From positions 1 to 49,460 of IMG/VR virus record IMGVR_UViG_3300028840_002749: DNA of 49,460 bases. One strand, 5' to 3'. Below, piece after piece: positions 9,057-17,498 of the stretch; the stretch's first letter is position 1; every line of letters starts with the position of its first letter. A model generated the notes under the pieces. It searched no databases and had not been told where the DNA came from. It saw nothing but the letters and a program-made list of their open reading frames with translations. The stretch comes from a virus. Lineage: Duplodnaviria > Caudoviricetes. Made by a program: the position numbers and the translations under genes.

Positions 9057-9921
9057 AAACCCTTTAGAGACTAACCTAAAACATGCTCTAATTGACGCCC
9101 AGAAGCTCTCTAAGCTATTTAGGGCCTTTGGTAGGACAGATTATGTAGGTACTCCAATTTTGAAGGCCTACAGGGCCACTTACAGATCTTTAGACCAGGC
9201 GCTACAAGCCGGCGCCGGGCATGAGGCCGTACTAGATTCCTTTGAATCTCTTAGGGCCAGCGTACAGGCTAGCTCTGCAGAGATCCTAATGAGAGCTGCA
9301 AGACAAGGGGTTGAGTCAGCTAGCGTACAGCTGCGTAATTATGGGGATCAGGTAAACCTAACGCCAGACGAGATAATTAAGCTAAGAGCTAACGCAGCCG
9401 TAGGGCCAATACTGGCAAAGGTAGATCAACAAGAATCAGCGATAATGGCAAGCTGGCTAACCGGGCCAGACAGATCTATGATACTTGGAGACAAGAGCAG
9501 ATCAGGCCAGCTCAGGCCTGCAGATGTTTTAGTTACCGGGGCGGTATGGGCAGCAGCTCTTTTTTGGTCTTTGTTTGGTTACATGGTGAATGATACGGTA
9601 GGGCCTGGAAAATATGAAAAAATGGCAGTAGCCGGCCTAGACGAGCGTACTACTGATTGCTGCCTACGTGTTCATGGTCAAGTACAGCCCTTATCTGGCA
9701 AATTTAGGCTCAAAGGTACACCCAGGTTTGCGGATCGTATTAGCTGGCCTCCGTTTCATTGGTATTGTAGGACGTCTGGAGTCTTGTACCAGGCCGGCTA
9801 TGACGAAAACCTATCTAGCCTTATGCAAACAAGCGCTAAGAAGATTCTAGACCGTAGAGCAGCTGGCTTACCGATACCAGAGATACACCCGGCCAGCGCT
9901 TACCTTGTAGCTGGTTTGTGA
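9049..9921 (+). CDS. MuF / SPP1 gp7-like minor head protein (short, no toxin extension)
   Basis: DERTTDCCLRVHGQ...PPFHWYCRT signature; follows portal. Confidence 0.85.
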   Translation: MPKNPLETNLKHALIDAQKLSKLFRAFGRTDYVGTPILKAYRATYRSLDQALQAGAGHEAVLDSFESLRASVQASSAEILMRAARQGVESASVQLRNYGDQVNLTPDEIIKLRANAAVGPILAKVDQQESAIMASWLTGPDRSMILGDKSRSGQLRPADVLVTGAVWAAALFWSLFGYMVNDTVGPGKYEKMAVAGLDERTTDCCLRVHGQVQPLSGKFRLKGTPRFADRISWPPFHWYCRTSGVLYQAGYDENLSSLMQTSAKKILDRRAAGLPIPEIHPASAYLVAGL

Positions 9922-10023
9922 TAAAATATTTATACTCAGATCAGAAACCCATTTTAGAGGATCCCTGGAGACGTAGCGCTACCTAGTAGACGTACTAGGC
10001 CAGGGATCCACAGACATTAAAGC

Positions 10024-10057
10024 AAAAGAGCCTTACCGTTTTGGCAAGGCTCTTTTT
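10024..10057. terminator. Bidirectional intrinsic terminator between convergent operons
   Basis: AAAAGAGCCTTACC-GTTTT-GGCAAGGCTCTTTT hairpin with A-run before and T-run after. Confidence 0.8.
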
Positions 10058-10089
10058 ATTTCGGACTAAATAGGACTAAACATTTAGTC

Positions 10090-10329
10090 TTATTTAGTCC
10101 CTAGATGGTTTACCCATTTTCTAACTAAAGATCTATCTACGTGATACTGGGCTGCCAGGCGTTGTATTATTATTGTCTTTTGGTAGGCGTCTGGCTTACC
10201 ATTACAGCTCAATAGCTCTCCCTTTATAGCCTCTTTCAGTGGCGTTTTTTGAAAATGTGGCTTTTTTGATGGCATTTTAGCTATAGCTTTTCGGTTGTTA
10301 TCTCTCTTGTCAGGGGCTGCTATTGGCAT
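10090..10329 (-). CDS. Small HTH-like protein
   Basis: C-terminal IQRLAAQYHVDRSLVRKWV resembles an HTH; last gene of the leftward operon. Confidence 0.5.
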   Translation of the reverse strand: MPIAAPDKRDNNRKAIAKMPSKKPHFQKTPLKEAIKGELLSCNGKPDAYQKTIIIQRLAAQYHVDRSLVRKWVNHLGTK

Positions 10330-10563
10330 TTAGTTTTCTCCAAAATCCCAGGATTGGCGGGCAGCCTCCCCAGACTTCCATAGGGCCATTAGCGGATCGT
10401 TAGGCCAGATCTGGTAGCCAGACTCCACAATAGCCTGAAAGAATGTCATAATTTGATCTACGGAGTTTAGGTAAAGTACGCCCATATCAGGGATGATAAT
10501 TACGACTCTGTTTTCTTGGTCATCAGCTATTATTTTTATTTGCTTTTCGCTTATGTCACTCAT
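10330..10563 (-). CDS. Hypothetical protein
   Basis: Tightly packed in the leftward operon, GGAGG RBS. Confidence 0.65.
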   Translation of the reverse strand: MSDISEKQIKIIADDQENRVVIIIPDMGVLYLNSVDQIMTFFQAIVESGYQIWPNDPLMALWKSGEAARQSWDFGEN

Positions 10564-10564
10564 G

Positions 10565-10966
10565 TTAAGCCTCCATTGTCATAGTCATTTGTATGCCTTC
10601 TCCCCAGGCTGCTTTACCTGCAGCCGTCAAGGCTCTATCTTGCTCTGCCAGATCCTTTAGCCTGGCTCTTACCTCGTTATCTAGGTAATCGTTTAGCTCT
10701 TTTGGGCTGGCAGCCAGCCAGTACCCGCCGTTTTTACCGCCGGTGCTACAAATCATTACGCCGGCTTTTCTCAGCTGGTTTACAGCCAGGCGCAAGGTTC
10801 GATCATCCACAGCCATTACAGATCTAACGTTTTTGAGTAAGTAGGCTCTTGAGATTGCGCTATCTCTACCAACATGATAAGACAGTACACGCAGTACAGA
10901 CCTCTCAAGGCCTGTAGGCATACCCTCGATCATTGCGCTTACGTCTATACCTATGTTATGTTTCAT
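10565..10966 (-). CDS. Winged-helix DNA-binding protein
   Basis: AISRAYLL...DDRTLRLAVNQLRKAGVMICS...GGYWLAAS, a common phage wHTH pattern. Confidence 0.7.
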   Translation of the reverse strand: MKHNIGIDVSAMIEGMPTGLERSVLRVLSYHVGRDSAISRAYLLKNVRSVMAVDDRTLRLAVNQLRKAGVMICSTGGKNGGYWLAASPKELNDYLDNEVRARLKDLAEQDRALTAAGKAAWGEGIQMTMTMEA

Positions 10967-11023
10967 TTGTCATCTCCCTTTATGTTTGTGTTAATCACAC
11001 TTATCGAAAGCATAAAATTATTT

Positions 11024-11167
11024 TTACCTAACAGACACTTTCCATTGAAATTTCTTACAGTGTTTACACTCCCTCCCCATTAGCAAGTCAAACCCATTAG
11101 GGAATCGGTCTACTCTCCAAGCTCCCCAGGTATGAAAACCTAAAAGACATTTAATTTTTTGTATCAT
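11024..11167 (-). CDS. Small Cys/His protein, DUF1660-like (not in ORF track)
   Basis: Own translation: MIQKIKCLLGFHTWGAWRVDRFPNGFDLLMGRECKHCKKFQWKVSVR (C-x4-H-x-W ... CxxC); overlaps the stop of the upstream gene. Confidence 0.6.
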   Translation of the reverse strand: MIQKIKCLLGFHTWGAWRVDRFPNGFDLLMGRECKHCKKFQWKVSVR

Positions 11168-11570
11168 CTTGACTCTCTCTTTTTACAGCTACCGCCCAGA
11201 CCAACGGTGATAATAGGCCGGCCACAATTAGCAAAGGTATTAGGCCGATACCTGAGCTGCTAGCGCTAAAACTGACAAGATCTACACTAGCAGGCTCTTT
11301 TATAGCAGGATCAGGGCCTATGGGTTCTGTAGGTATTGGCGTGGCCGTAGTAAAAGCCGGCTCCCCTATCACAGGCGCCGGGTATGGGTTTGTAGTCGGA
11401 TCTGGAAAAACAGGTGCCGGGTATGGGTCTTGCTCTTGGGCATGGGCCACTTTTACAAACACAGGGGGCATATACATAACAAGCAGCATTACCAATATTG
11501 CGATTACTACAATAATAGCAAGCAATATTAGTATCTCTAGCTTACTTAGGTTCATTTCTGGCCTCCGCAT
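11151..11570 (-). CDS. Exported/membrane-anchored Pro-rich protein
   Basis: N-terminal hydrophobic helix plus AHA cleavage-like site, two YPAP motifs, ASVDLVSFSA motif, C-terminal TM then KR. Confidence 0.7.
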   Translation of the reverse strand: MRRPEMNLSKLEILILLAIIVVIAILVMLLVMYMPPVFVKVAHAQEQDPYPAPVFPDPTTNPYPAPVIGEPAFTTATPIPTEPIGPDPAIKEPASVDLVSFSASSSGIGLIPLLIVAGLLSPLVWAVAVKRESQDDTKN

Positions 11571-11844
11571 AAAGTTGTATAAAATACTCTAACTCGTCTT
11601 GGAATACGCCTGCAGCGTCTGGGCGTATTCTCTTTAGGGCGTGGTTTACGTCCTCGATTAGGATAAACCTGAAATTACCTCCCCAGGCTGGCCGGCTGCG
11701 CTGGCCTACGATTCTACAGATTATTTCGTGCCTATCACATAGGGCCGGGCTTGTATGGGCCTGGCCTGCAGCGTAGCAGCCCGGAAAGCTGCATGGTAAT
11801 TTTCTTGACTGACTTTCAAATAGTTTTCTAGCGTTCAATTTCAT
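11542..11844 (-). CDS. Hypothetical protein (possible Zn-binding)
   Basis: CSFPGC...CDRH motif; in the leftward operon. Confidence 0.55.
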   Translation of the reverse strand: MKLNARKLFESQSRKLPCSFPGCYAAGQAHTSPALCDRHEIICRIVGQRSRPAWGGNFRFILIEDVNHALKRIRPDAAGVFQDELEYFIQLYAEARNEPK

Positions 11845-12133
11845 ATATTTTTTCCTTTTCTATTTCTTTTAGGGCCTCGTCTACCCACTCAGGGGCGCCG
11901 TCTTTTACTATAACCTCTACTCCCCTGGTATATTCTACGCTGGCCTGGTTGTAATACTCATCTACAATCATGTTACCGGCGTTATCTCTCATACACAGAG
12001 TAGCCGTTTTTTGTGTGAGGTTTACTTTTAGGGTATCCTTTGTGACGTCTACCCCACCAACCGTAACGCCAACAAAGCGAGCTATTTTATCGCCCGCTTG
12101 TATGATCCCTGGCAGCTTGTTTGCTCTAATCAT
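11828..12133 (-). CDS. Hypothetical protein
   Basis: Overlapping gene chain in the leftward operon. Confidence 0.6.
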   Translation of the reverse strand: MIRANKLPGIIQAGDKIARFVGVTVGGVDVTKDTLKVNLTQKTATLCMRDNAGNMIVDEYYNQASVEYTRGVEVIVKDGAPEWVDEALKEIEKEKIYEIER

Positions 12134-12350
12134 CGTATTTAGATTCCTTTGTGCCGGCCACTATTCCAGACATACCAAAAAAGGCGCCTAAAAAAGGGCT
12201 TACGAAAATGATAACTATAGACATTACATTAGGCTCTATAATAAAAATTATTATATGAGCTATACCGGATCCTACAAAAAAAGCGGATATAAGATACAAA
12301 ACCCATTGCAGAATCATTACGGCCTCACTATTATTTCTTTTGCCGGCCAA
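12126..12350 (-). CDS. Two-TM membrane protein
   Basis: Two hydrophobic segments; start codon uncertain. Confidence 0.55.
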   Translation of the reverse strand: MAGKRNNSEAVMILQWVLYLISAFFVGSGIAHIIIFIIEPNVMSIVIIFVSPFLGAFFGMSGIVAGTKESKYDD

Positions 12351-12556
12351 GATACAGCAAGCAGCAAGATAAGAAAAGTAAAAGACAGAGATACGGAATT
12401 ATAGCCTCTTACCACATCCAAACCTATTAGCCTGTAATGCCTAAATTGACCGTCAAATGTATACCATAGGGGATTCTCCCCTATGCTTGGAACGGTAGCG
12501 GATAATATAAACGTTCTACTATTCCTTATCTTTACAGCCTTACTAGCCTTGTGCAT
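12317..12556 (-). CDS. Hypothetical protein, first gene of the leftward operon
   Basis: GGAGG RBS and promoter-motif copy immediately upstream. Confidence 0.6.
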   Translation of the reverse strand: MHKASKAVKIRNSRTFILSATVPSIGENPLWYTFDGQFRHYRLIGLDVVRGYNSVSLSFTFLILLLAVSWPAKEIIVRP

Positions 12557-12575
12557 ATTGATCCTCCATTTTATT

Positions 12576-12609
12576 TAGACAATACAAAATAGTTTACTGG
12601 TTAAGCAAA
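12576..12609 (-). promoter_or_regulatory. Phage promoter motif copy 1 (TTTGCTTAA-N15-GTATTGTCTA)
   Basis: Reverse complement TTTGCTTAAccagtaaactattttGTATTGTCTA, oriented toward the leftward operon. Confidence 0.8.
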
Positions 12610-12611
12610 TA

Positions 12612-12620
12612 TGCTATAAT
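12612..12620 (+). promoter_or_regulatory. Extended -10 element (TGnTATAAT) for the head/tail operon
   Basis: TGCTATAAT ~70 bp upstream of the scaffold gene, back-to-back with motif copy 1. Confidence 0.55.
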
Positions 12621-12686
12621 TTAGCTAATAGACCTACCAGGCAAGCGCCGGTAGGTATTTTTTTAATAAGCACAGGAGGCTTAATT

Positions 12687-13367
12687 ATGTTATACGATCC
12701 TATTGTACCCATGATCTTTTATGACGTTGACGGGGCGCCAAGTGGCGGGCCTGATGTGTCCGGGGAAGATACCGAAGATCAAGACGTTACCGTAGATGAG
12801 GTAGAAGATACCGACTTAGACGGTGAGGATCTGGAGTTAGACGGCGATTATGACCCAGACAGGGCAAAACGCACTATAGCAGCACAGCGAAAAGCAGAGA
12901 AAGAGCTAAAAGCCAAGCTATCAGAAGCCAACAAGACCCTAAAGGCCTATAAAGAGGCAGAGGCCAAGGCTGCAGATGCAAAAAAATCAGAGCTACAAAA
13001 GCTTACTGAGAAATCCGAAAAACTGCAGGCGCAACTCTTGGAAGCGCAAGAGATCGTACAGGGCCTGAGACTGGAAAAGGCTTTTAGCACTACCGCCAAA
13101 GAGCTAGAGCTATCTTTTGCTAGCCCACAGGCAGCCTCAGACGCTTTTGATTTGGTAGATCTGGAAGGCGTAACCATTGACGAGGACGGCAAAGTAAAGG
13201 GCCTTAAAAAGGCAGTAGAAGCTTTACGAGATAGCCGGCCTTATCTTTTTTCTGACAATGGAAAAGCTAGCCTAGGCACCCCTCCGAGAAGCAAGGTACC
13301 CAAAACTCCCCCGGCCTCCCCAGAAGGTAAGCAAACAGAAACTTACCCAACATTAGTTAAACTCTAA
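12687..13367 (+). CDS. Capsid scaffolding protein
   Basis: Acidic N-terminus, coiled coil KKSELQKL, AVEALRDSRPYLF motif; precedes capsid genes. Confidence 0.8.
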   Translation: MLYDPIVPMIFYDVDGAPSGGPDVSGEDTEDQDVTVDEVEDTDLDGEDLELDGDYDPDRAKRTIAAQRKAEKELKAKLSEANKTLKAYKEAEAKAADAKKSELQKLTEKSEKLQAQLLEAQEIVQGLRLEKAFSTTAKELELSFASPQAASDAFDLVDLEGVTIDEDGKVKGLKKAVEALRDSRPYLFSDNGKASLGTPPRSKVPKTPPASPEGKQTETYPTLVKL

Positions 13368-13382
13368 ACAAGGAATCAGGAA

Positions 13383-13802
13383 ATGGCAGACATAACACGT
13401 ACAAAGGCTCAAGTAGCCGTAGTTTTCCCTCAGAATGCGGAGATTTACGATTTTATCGCAACTGAGGCAATCGAGGCAGGCCAGCCGGTTTACCAGCTGA
13501 CTACTCGTAAGGTTGGAGTTGCAGACGCTAACGCAGCCGGCAAACAGCAAGTTAGGGGGATTGCCCTTAAAGACGTTGGCGCCGGCCAGGCAGTAAGCGT
13601 ACTCAAAAAAGGCCATGTAGAGGGTTTTGACGTTTCAGGCTTAAATGGCGATGCTCTGGTTTATCTTTCAGACACAGCCGGCGAGCTTGCAGACGCAGCC
13701 GGTACCCTATCCGTTACCGTAGGGCGTGTTTTTGGCCTCTCAGACGCTAATCTAACTCACGTTTTATACGTTGATGCGGACTGGATTGGTACATGGGCTT
13801 AG
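13383..13802 (+). CDS. Head decoration / capsid cement protein
   Basis: ATEAIEAGQPVY...GIAL...VYLSDTAG...VGRV pattern (DUF2190-like); between scaffold and MCP. Confidence 0.7.
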   Translation: MADITRTKAQVAVVFPQNAEIYDFIATEAIEAGQPVYQLTTRKVGVADANAAGKQQVRGIALKDVGAGQAVSVLKKGHVEGFDVSGLNGDALVYLSDTAGELADAAGTLSVTVGRVFGLSDANLTHVLYVDADWIGTWA

Positions 13803-13861
13803 TCTGATGCTTTATTCAGATAAAACCATAAACCACATATAAATAAGAGGTATAAAAAACT

Positions 13862-14932
13862 ATGTCACAACTTTTAGGACTTTTGAATATTGCGGAGGCA
13901 GCTGCAGAGCGTACCTACGTAAACACTATCGGCCAGCGAGTCGTATATGACGCTGTAAGAATGGTGATCGACCAATACAACCGGGATCTTAATGCAGCGG
14001 TTAGCATGTTTGTAGAGCGAGATACTACAGATTGGAAATTCCGGTATAAATTACCAGGCGCCGGCAGGCTGCAGCGCCGGGGAGGCCAGGCACAAAGCGG
14101 GGCGGTGAAAGCTACCGGCTCTTGGGATGTGGCTATCCCGTTAGAGGACTTTGGCGCCCAGGTTGGCGGTGATGATATTGCGCTTGCCTATATGACGGCT
14201 GCAGAAATGAATCGCCACATACAGACCGTAACCATCCAAAACACAAACACGGTAAGGCATGAGATCTTGCGGGCCATGCTTAACAGCGCCCAGCGTACCT
14301 TTGCTGATGATATTGCCGGCAGCTTGACCGTAGAGCCACTGGCTAACGGCGACTCGGTAGTTTACCCGCCCGTTTTAGGGTCTGAGGCAGAGGCTACCGA
14401 AGATCATTACTACGGCGTAAACTACATTACCAGCGCTATCTCTGATACCAACAACCCGATTTACACTATCGTACAGGATCTTGAGGAGCATTACGGTGAT
14501 GATATTGGCTGTGTAGTCTTTATCAATCCTACCGCCCAGCCTTACGTAGAAGCCCTGGCAGACTTTGACGAGGTACCAGACCGATACATTAGGCCTGGAG
14601 ACGATACCGCCGTACCGTTTGGAATGCCCAGCGTACCCGGTAAAATTATTGGCCGTTGCTCTGGCGCTTGGGTTAGTGTTTGGCGCTGGATTCCAGATGG
14701 CTATATGCTTGGAATCAATACAGATATGCCCTCCCCACTCATGCGCCGTATTGATCCCCCGGATACCGGACTCAAGCCTAACTTAACCTTAGTTGCTAAG
14801 AGTGATGAGTACCCCCTGGAAAGCTCACACTACCGGAATCGGTTTGGCTATGCGGTTACTAACCGTCTGGGTGGCGTTGCTATCCAATTAGTAGCCAGCA
14901 CGACCTACACCACGCCTACCGCCTACGCATAA
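13862..14932 (+). CDS. Major capsid protein
   Basis: 356 aa, position in the head module, HK97-like C-terminal RFGYAVTNRLGGVAIQL. Confidence 0.8.
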   Translation: MSQLLGLLNIAEAAAERTYVNTIGQRVVYDAVRMVIDQYNRDLNAAVSMFVERDTTDWKFRYKLPGAGRLQRRGGQAQSGAVKATGSWDVAIPLEDFGAQVGGDDIALAYMTAAEMNRHIQTVTIQNTNTVRHEILRAMLNSAQRTFADDIAGSLTVEPLANGDSVVYPPVLGSEAEATEDHYYGVNYITSAISDTNNPIYTIVQDLEEHYGDDIGCVVFINPTAQPYVEALADFDEVPDRYIRPGDDTAVPFGMPSVPGKIIGRCSGAWVSVWRWIPDGYMLGINTDMPSPLMRRIDPPDTGLKPNLTLVAKSDEYPLESSHYRNRFGYAVTNRLGGVAIQLVASTTYTTPTAYA

Positions 14933-14989
14933 AGTAATAGGGTTTACCTGGTAGAAATAATACAAACGATCTAAAGATGAGGTAATACT

Positions 14990-15148
14990 ATGAAAAAATC
15001 CGTAGCAATGGCAAAGCAGACTAAGGCCTTTGAGGAGCTGGCAGCCAAGGTAGATCTACTCGTTAAGCTTGTAGATCCTACCGGCAGCAAACGGGCTAAG
15101 CTAGAAAAAGAAGAATCTAAGCCAGAGCCAGAGAAAAAAGAGGCCTAG
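14990..15148 (+). CDS. Small charged protein after MCP (not in ORF track)
   Basis: GAGGT RBS; MKKSVAMAKQTKAFEELAAKVDLLVKLVDPTGSKRAKLEKEESKPEPEKKEA. Confidence 0.6.
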   Translation: MKKSVAMAKQTKAFEELAAKVDLLVKLVDPTGSKRAKLEKEESKPEPEKKEA

Positions 15149-15160
15149 GCCGAATAGACA

Positions 15161-15189
15161 AAAGGCCAGGGCTAAGCTCTGGCCTTTTT
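15161..15189 (+). terminator. Intrinsic terminator after capsid genes
   Basis: AAAGGCCAGGGC-TAA-GCTCTGGCCTTTTT. Confidence 0.8.
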
Positions 15190-15207
15190 CAGATAAAGGC
15201 ATAGAAA

Positions 15208-15669
15208 ATGAGCCTAACAAGAGAGACGCTAGACGTTATTTTGATTGCAAGGACAGGCGCCCTACTAACTACAGTTGGAAAGGACGGCTCTACAGATGAC
15301 GGCAGTAATACAGATCTTGTAGATCCTATTCGGGCAGCTCTAAAAACGCTGGGCTATAGTGTTTCTGATTTTACAACCGTAACAGATACCGACTTAGCCG
15401 GCGTGGCTGCAGATGACGAGGAGGCCTTGATAGATGTAGCAGAGCTAAAGATATTAGATAATGTTATATATCCAGGCGCTGCAGCTCTTGTAGACATTAG
15501 CGTAGGGCCAAGGCGTGAAAGCTTAAGCCAGTTTTCTAAACATATCGAAAGTATGTTAGAGAAAAAGGTAGCAGCTGTAAACGATGCCTACGGCTCTCTC
15601 TTTGGTGATAGCCTGGAGGCCGGCGTAATCTCTGTAGCCAGTATAGAGGACGGCGAAAATGTCTATTAA
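15208..15669 (+). CDS. Head-tail adaptor (putative)
   Basis: Position; VDISVGPRRESLSQ motif. Confidence 0.6.
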   Translation: MSLTRETLDVILIARTGALLTTVGKDGSTDDGSNTDLVDPIRAALKTLGYSVSDFTTVTDTDLAGVAADDEEALIDVAELKILDNVIYPGAAALVDISVGPRRESLSQFSKHIESMLEKKVAAVNDAYGSLFGDSLEAGVISVASIEDGENVY

Positions 15670-15994
15670 TATCCGAGAGGGTGACATTTTAGTAGTCGAC
15701 TCCAAAGAATACCCTATAAAATCATGCGGTGAGTATACGGAGTTTGGCTCTACGCCCACTTTTAGACTGATGGCTACGAAAACTGCTAGCACAAAGCGTA
15801 CCCCAGCAGCCGTAGGAGCGCTCAGGGGGGCGCCTACAGAGGTTTTAAGTGATCTTGCGGTTACGCCCTTAGACCCAGCGGATCAAGAGCTTAGAGAGCG
15901 AACTGGCGTAAATAGCATACATGAGCTTTTGCAGACATTTGCAGCCGATTCGGATGGCTATGTACACTTGATTCTAGAGGATCTAAAGACCTGA
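15659..15994 (+). CDS. Head closure protein (putative)
   Basis: Position and size; IREGDILVVDSKEYPI. Confidence 0.5.
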   Translation: MSINIREGDILVVDSKEYPIKSCGEYTEFGSTPTFRLMATKTASTKRTPAAVGALRGAPTEVLSDLAVTPLDPADQELRERTGVNSIHELLQTFAADSDGYVHLILEDLKT

Positions 15995-16365
15995 TGCCTA
16001 TAACGATAAAAGGGCTGCAAGAAACCCAGCGGGCGAATCAAGAAAATGTAGCAGCCATGCGCCCTACTGGAATCTTTGGCCTGGCAATAAAAAACGCTAC
16101 TATACAAGCGCAGGCCTACGAGGCCGGCGTAATACACGTAGACACAGGCGCCCTAAAGTCTAGCCGTCTGATAAAGGTAGTCGGTTTACAGGGGCAGATC
16201 TATACAGATCCTGGCGCCTACGGGCCGTCTGGTAGGCCGTATATTTACGGCTTTTGGGAGCATAAGCGGGGAGGCTCTCACGCCTTTGCGGAGCGTACCG
16301 TAAAAGAGGCCGGGCCAATGATAGGCCGGAGAGCTGAGGATACCTTACTAAGAGGCCTGAGATGA
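15994..16365 (+). CDS. HK97 gp10-like neck/tail completion protein
   Basis: ITIKGLQE...HVDTGALKSS...Y-x3-EH motifs. Confidence 0.7.
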   Translation: MPITIKGLQETQRANQENVAAMRPTGIFGLAIKNATIQAQAYEAGVIHVDTGALKSSRLIKVVGLQGQIYTDPGAYGPSGRPYIYGFWEHKRGGSHAFAERTVKEAGPMIGRRAEDTLLRGLR

Positions 16366-16802
16366 TTAGAGCCAATAGAAAAGAATGCAGAAAACGCCTG
16401 GCAGAGCTGATAGAGAATAAGCTAACTGTAGAGAATAGTTTTGCTAAAGAAGTACACGCCGAGTCAGTAAAGATGTTTACGGAGACGCCGGCGGTAGTCG
16501 TCACAAGTGACGGGTCAAGGCGTACACAGCTCACTTTTCAAGGCCTGGCAGACGCTTATTATTTTCTGATAGAGACTTTTATAACCTTCCCTACGCAAGA
16601 CGATACAACCTACACGAGAGAGACCGTAGAGGACTCTTTAGACAACATAGAGGCAGGCATAGCCGAGGTAATATCAGAAAACAACAAGGAATCGGGCTAC
16701 TGGGAGCATTTAGCTTTTGCCGATAGATCAGATACCATAAACGTACCTGGCTTAGACGGCACCCAGTACCGTTTTGAGAGAATACTAATAGAGGTAACCT
16801 AA
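16362..16802 (+). CDS. Tail terminator protein (putative)
   Basis: Position before the tail tube; TPAVVV, acidic. Confidence 0.55.
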   Translation: MIRANRKECRKRLAELIENKLTVENSFAKEVHAESVKMFTETPAVVVTSDGSRRTQLTFQGLADAYYFLIETFITFPTQDDTTYTRETVEDSLDNIEAGIAEVISENNKESGYWEHLAFADRSDTINVPGLDGTQYRFERILIEVT

Positions 16803-17029
16803 TGGCTAAAGAGGTAAAAGCAGAGATCCTAAAAACCGTATCATCAAGGCACCATAAAAAAATCGTACACCCAGCGGGCGAAGGCGAAAAGCCAGTTATT
16901 CTAACCTGGCCGGTTGAGGATGACGAGAACGGGGCGCAGTTTTTAGCAGCGCTAAAAAAGATTGAATCTGAGGGTTACATAAAAATTATCCCCCAGGCCA
17001 AAAAGAAACCAAAAGAAATTAAGGAGTAA
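16802..17029 (+). CDS. Hypothetical protein
   Basis: TAATG-coupled ORF in the tail operon. Confidence 0.6.
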   Translation: MAKEVKAEILKTVSSRHHKKIVHPAGEGEKPVILTWPVEDDENGAQFLAALKKIESEGYIKIIPQAKKKPKEIKE

Positions 17030-17034
17030 GTATC

Positions 17035-17484
17035 ATGGCACAAACTACAGATGCTTTATCGGCTATTGACTGTCTAATTGAGATCGGAGATGACGGCGCA
17101 ACCTGGACAGATATTAGCGGTTTTGCTAACAGTATTGAGGTAGAAGGTGGAGATAGGCAATCTGGAGAAGTACACACTTTTGACGGGTTTACGCCTATTC
17201 TGACATTAGGTAAAGGCTCTTTGTATGAGATTACTTGTAAAATTGTTTACACAGAGGGCGCCACAGATCCTACCGAGGTAATTAGGGCAGCCTACGAGGG
17301 CGGGACTGAGTTTTACATTCAGTGGACGCCCAAGGGTGGGGCAGCTGGCGACTTTGTTTATACATCTGGAGCCGGTTATATCCTATCTCACACTTACCCA
17401 AGCGCAGACGCTGGCAGCCCTGATGCTATCGGTATAGAGTTTGTCGTAACCGTACCAAACATCACAAAATCAGTAGCCACATAA
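17035..17484 (+). CDS. Major tail (tube) protein
   Basis: WTDISGFANSIEV...VHTFDG...WTPKG; precedes chaperones and tape measure. Confidence 0.75.
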   Translation: MAQTTDALSAIDCLIEIGDDGATWTDISGFANSIEVEGGDRQSGEVHTFDGFTPILTLGKGSLYEITCKIVYTEGATDPTEVIRAAYEGGTEFYIQWTPKGGAAGDFVYTSGAGYILSHTYPSADAGSPDAIGIEFVVTVPNITKSVAT

Positions 17485-17498
17485 TAGGAGATTAAAAG

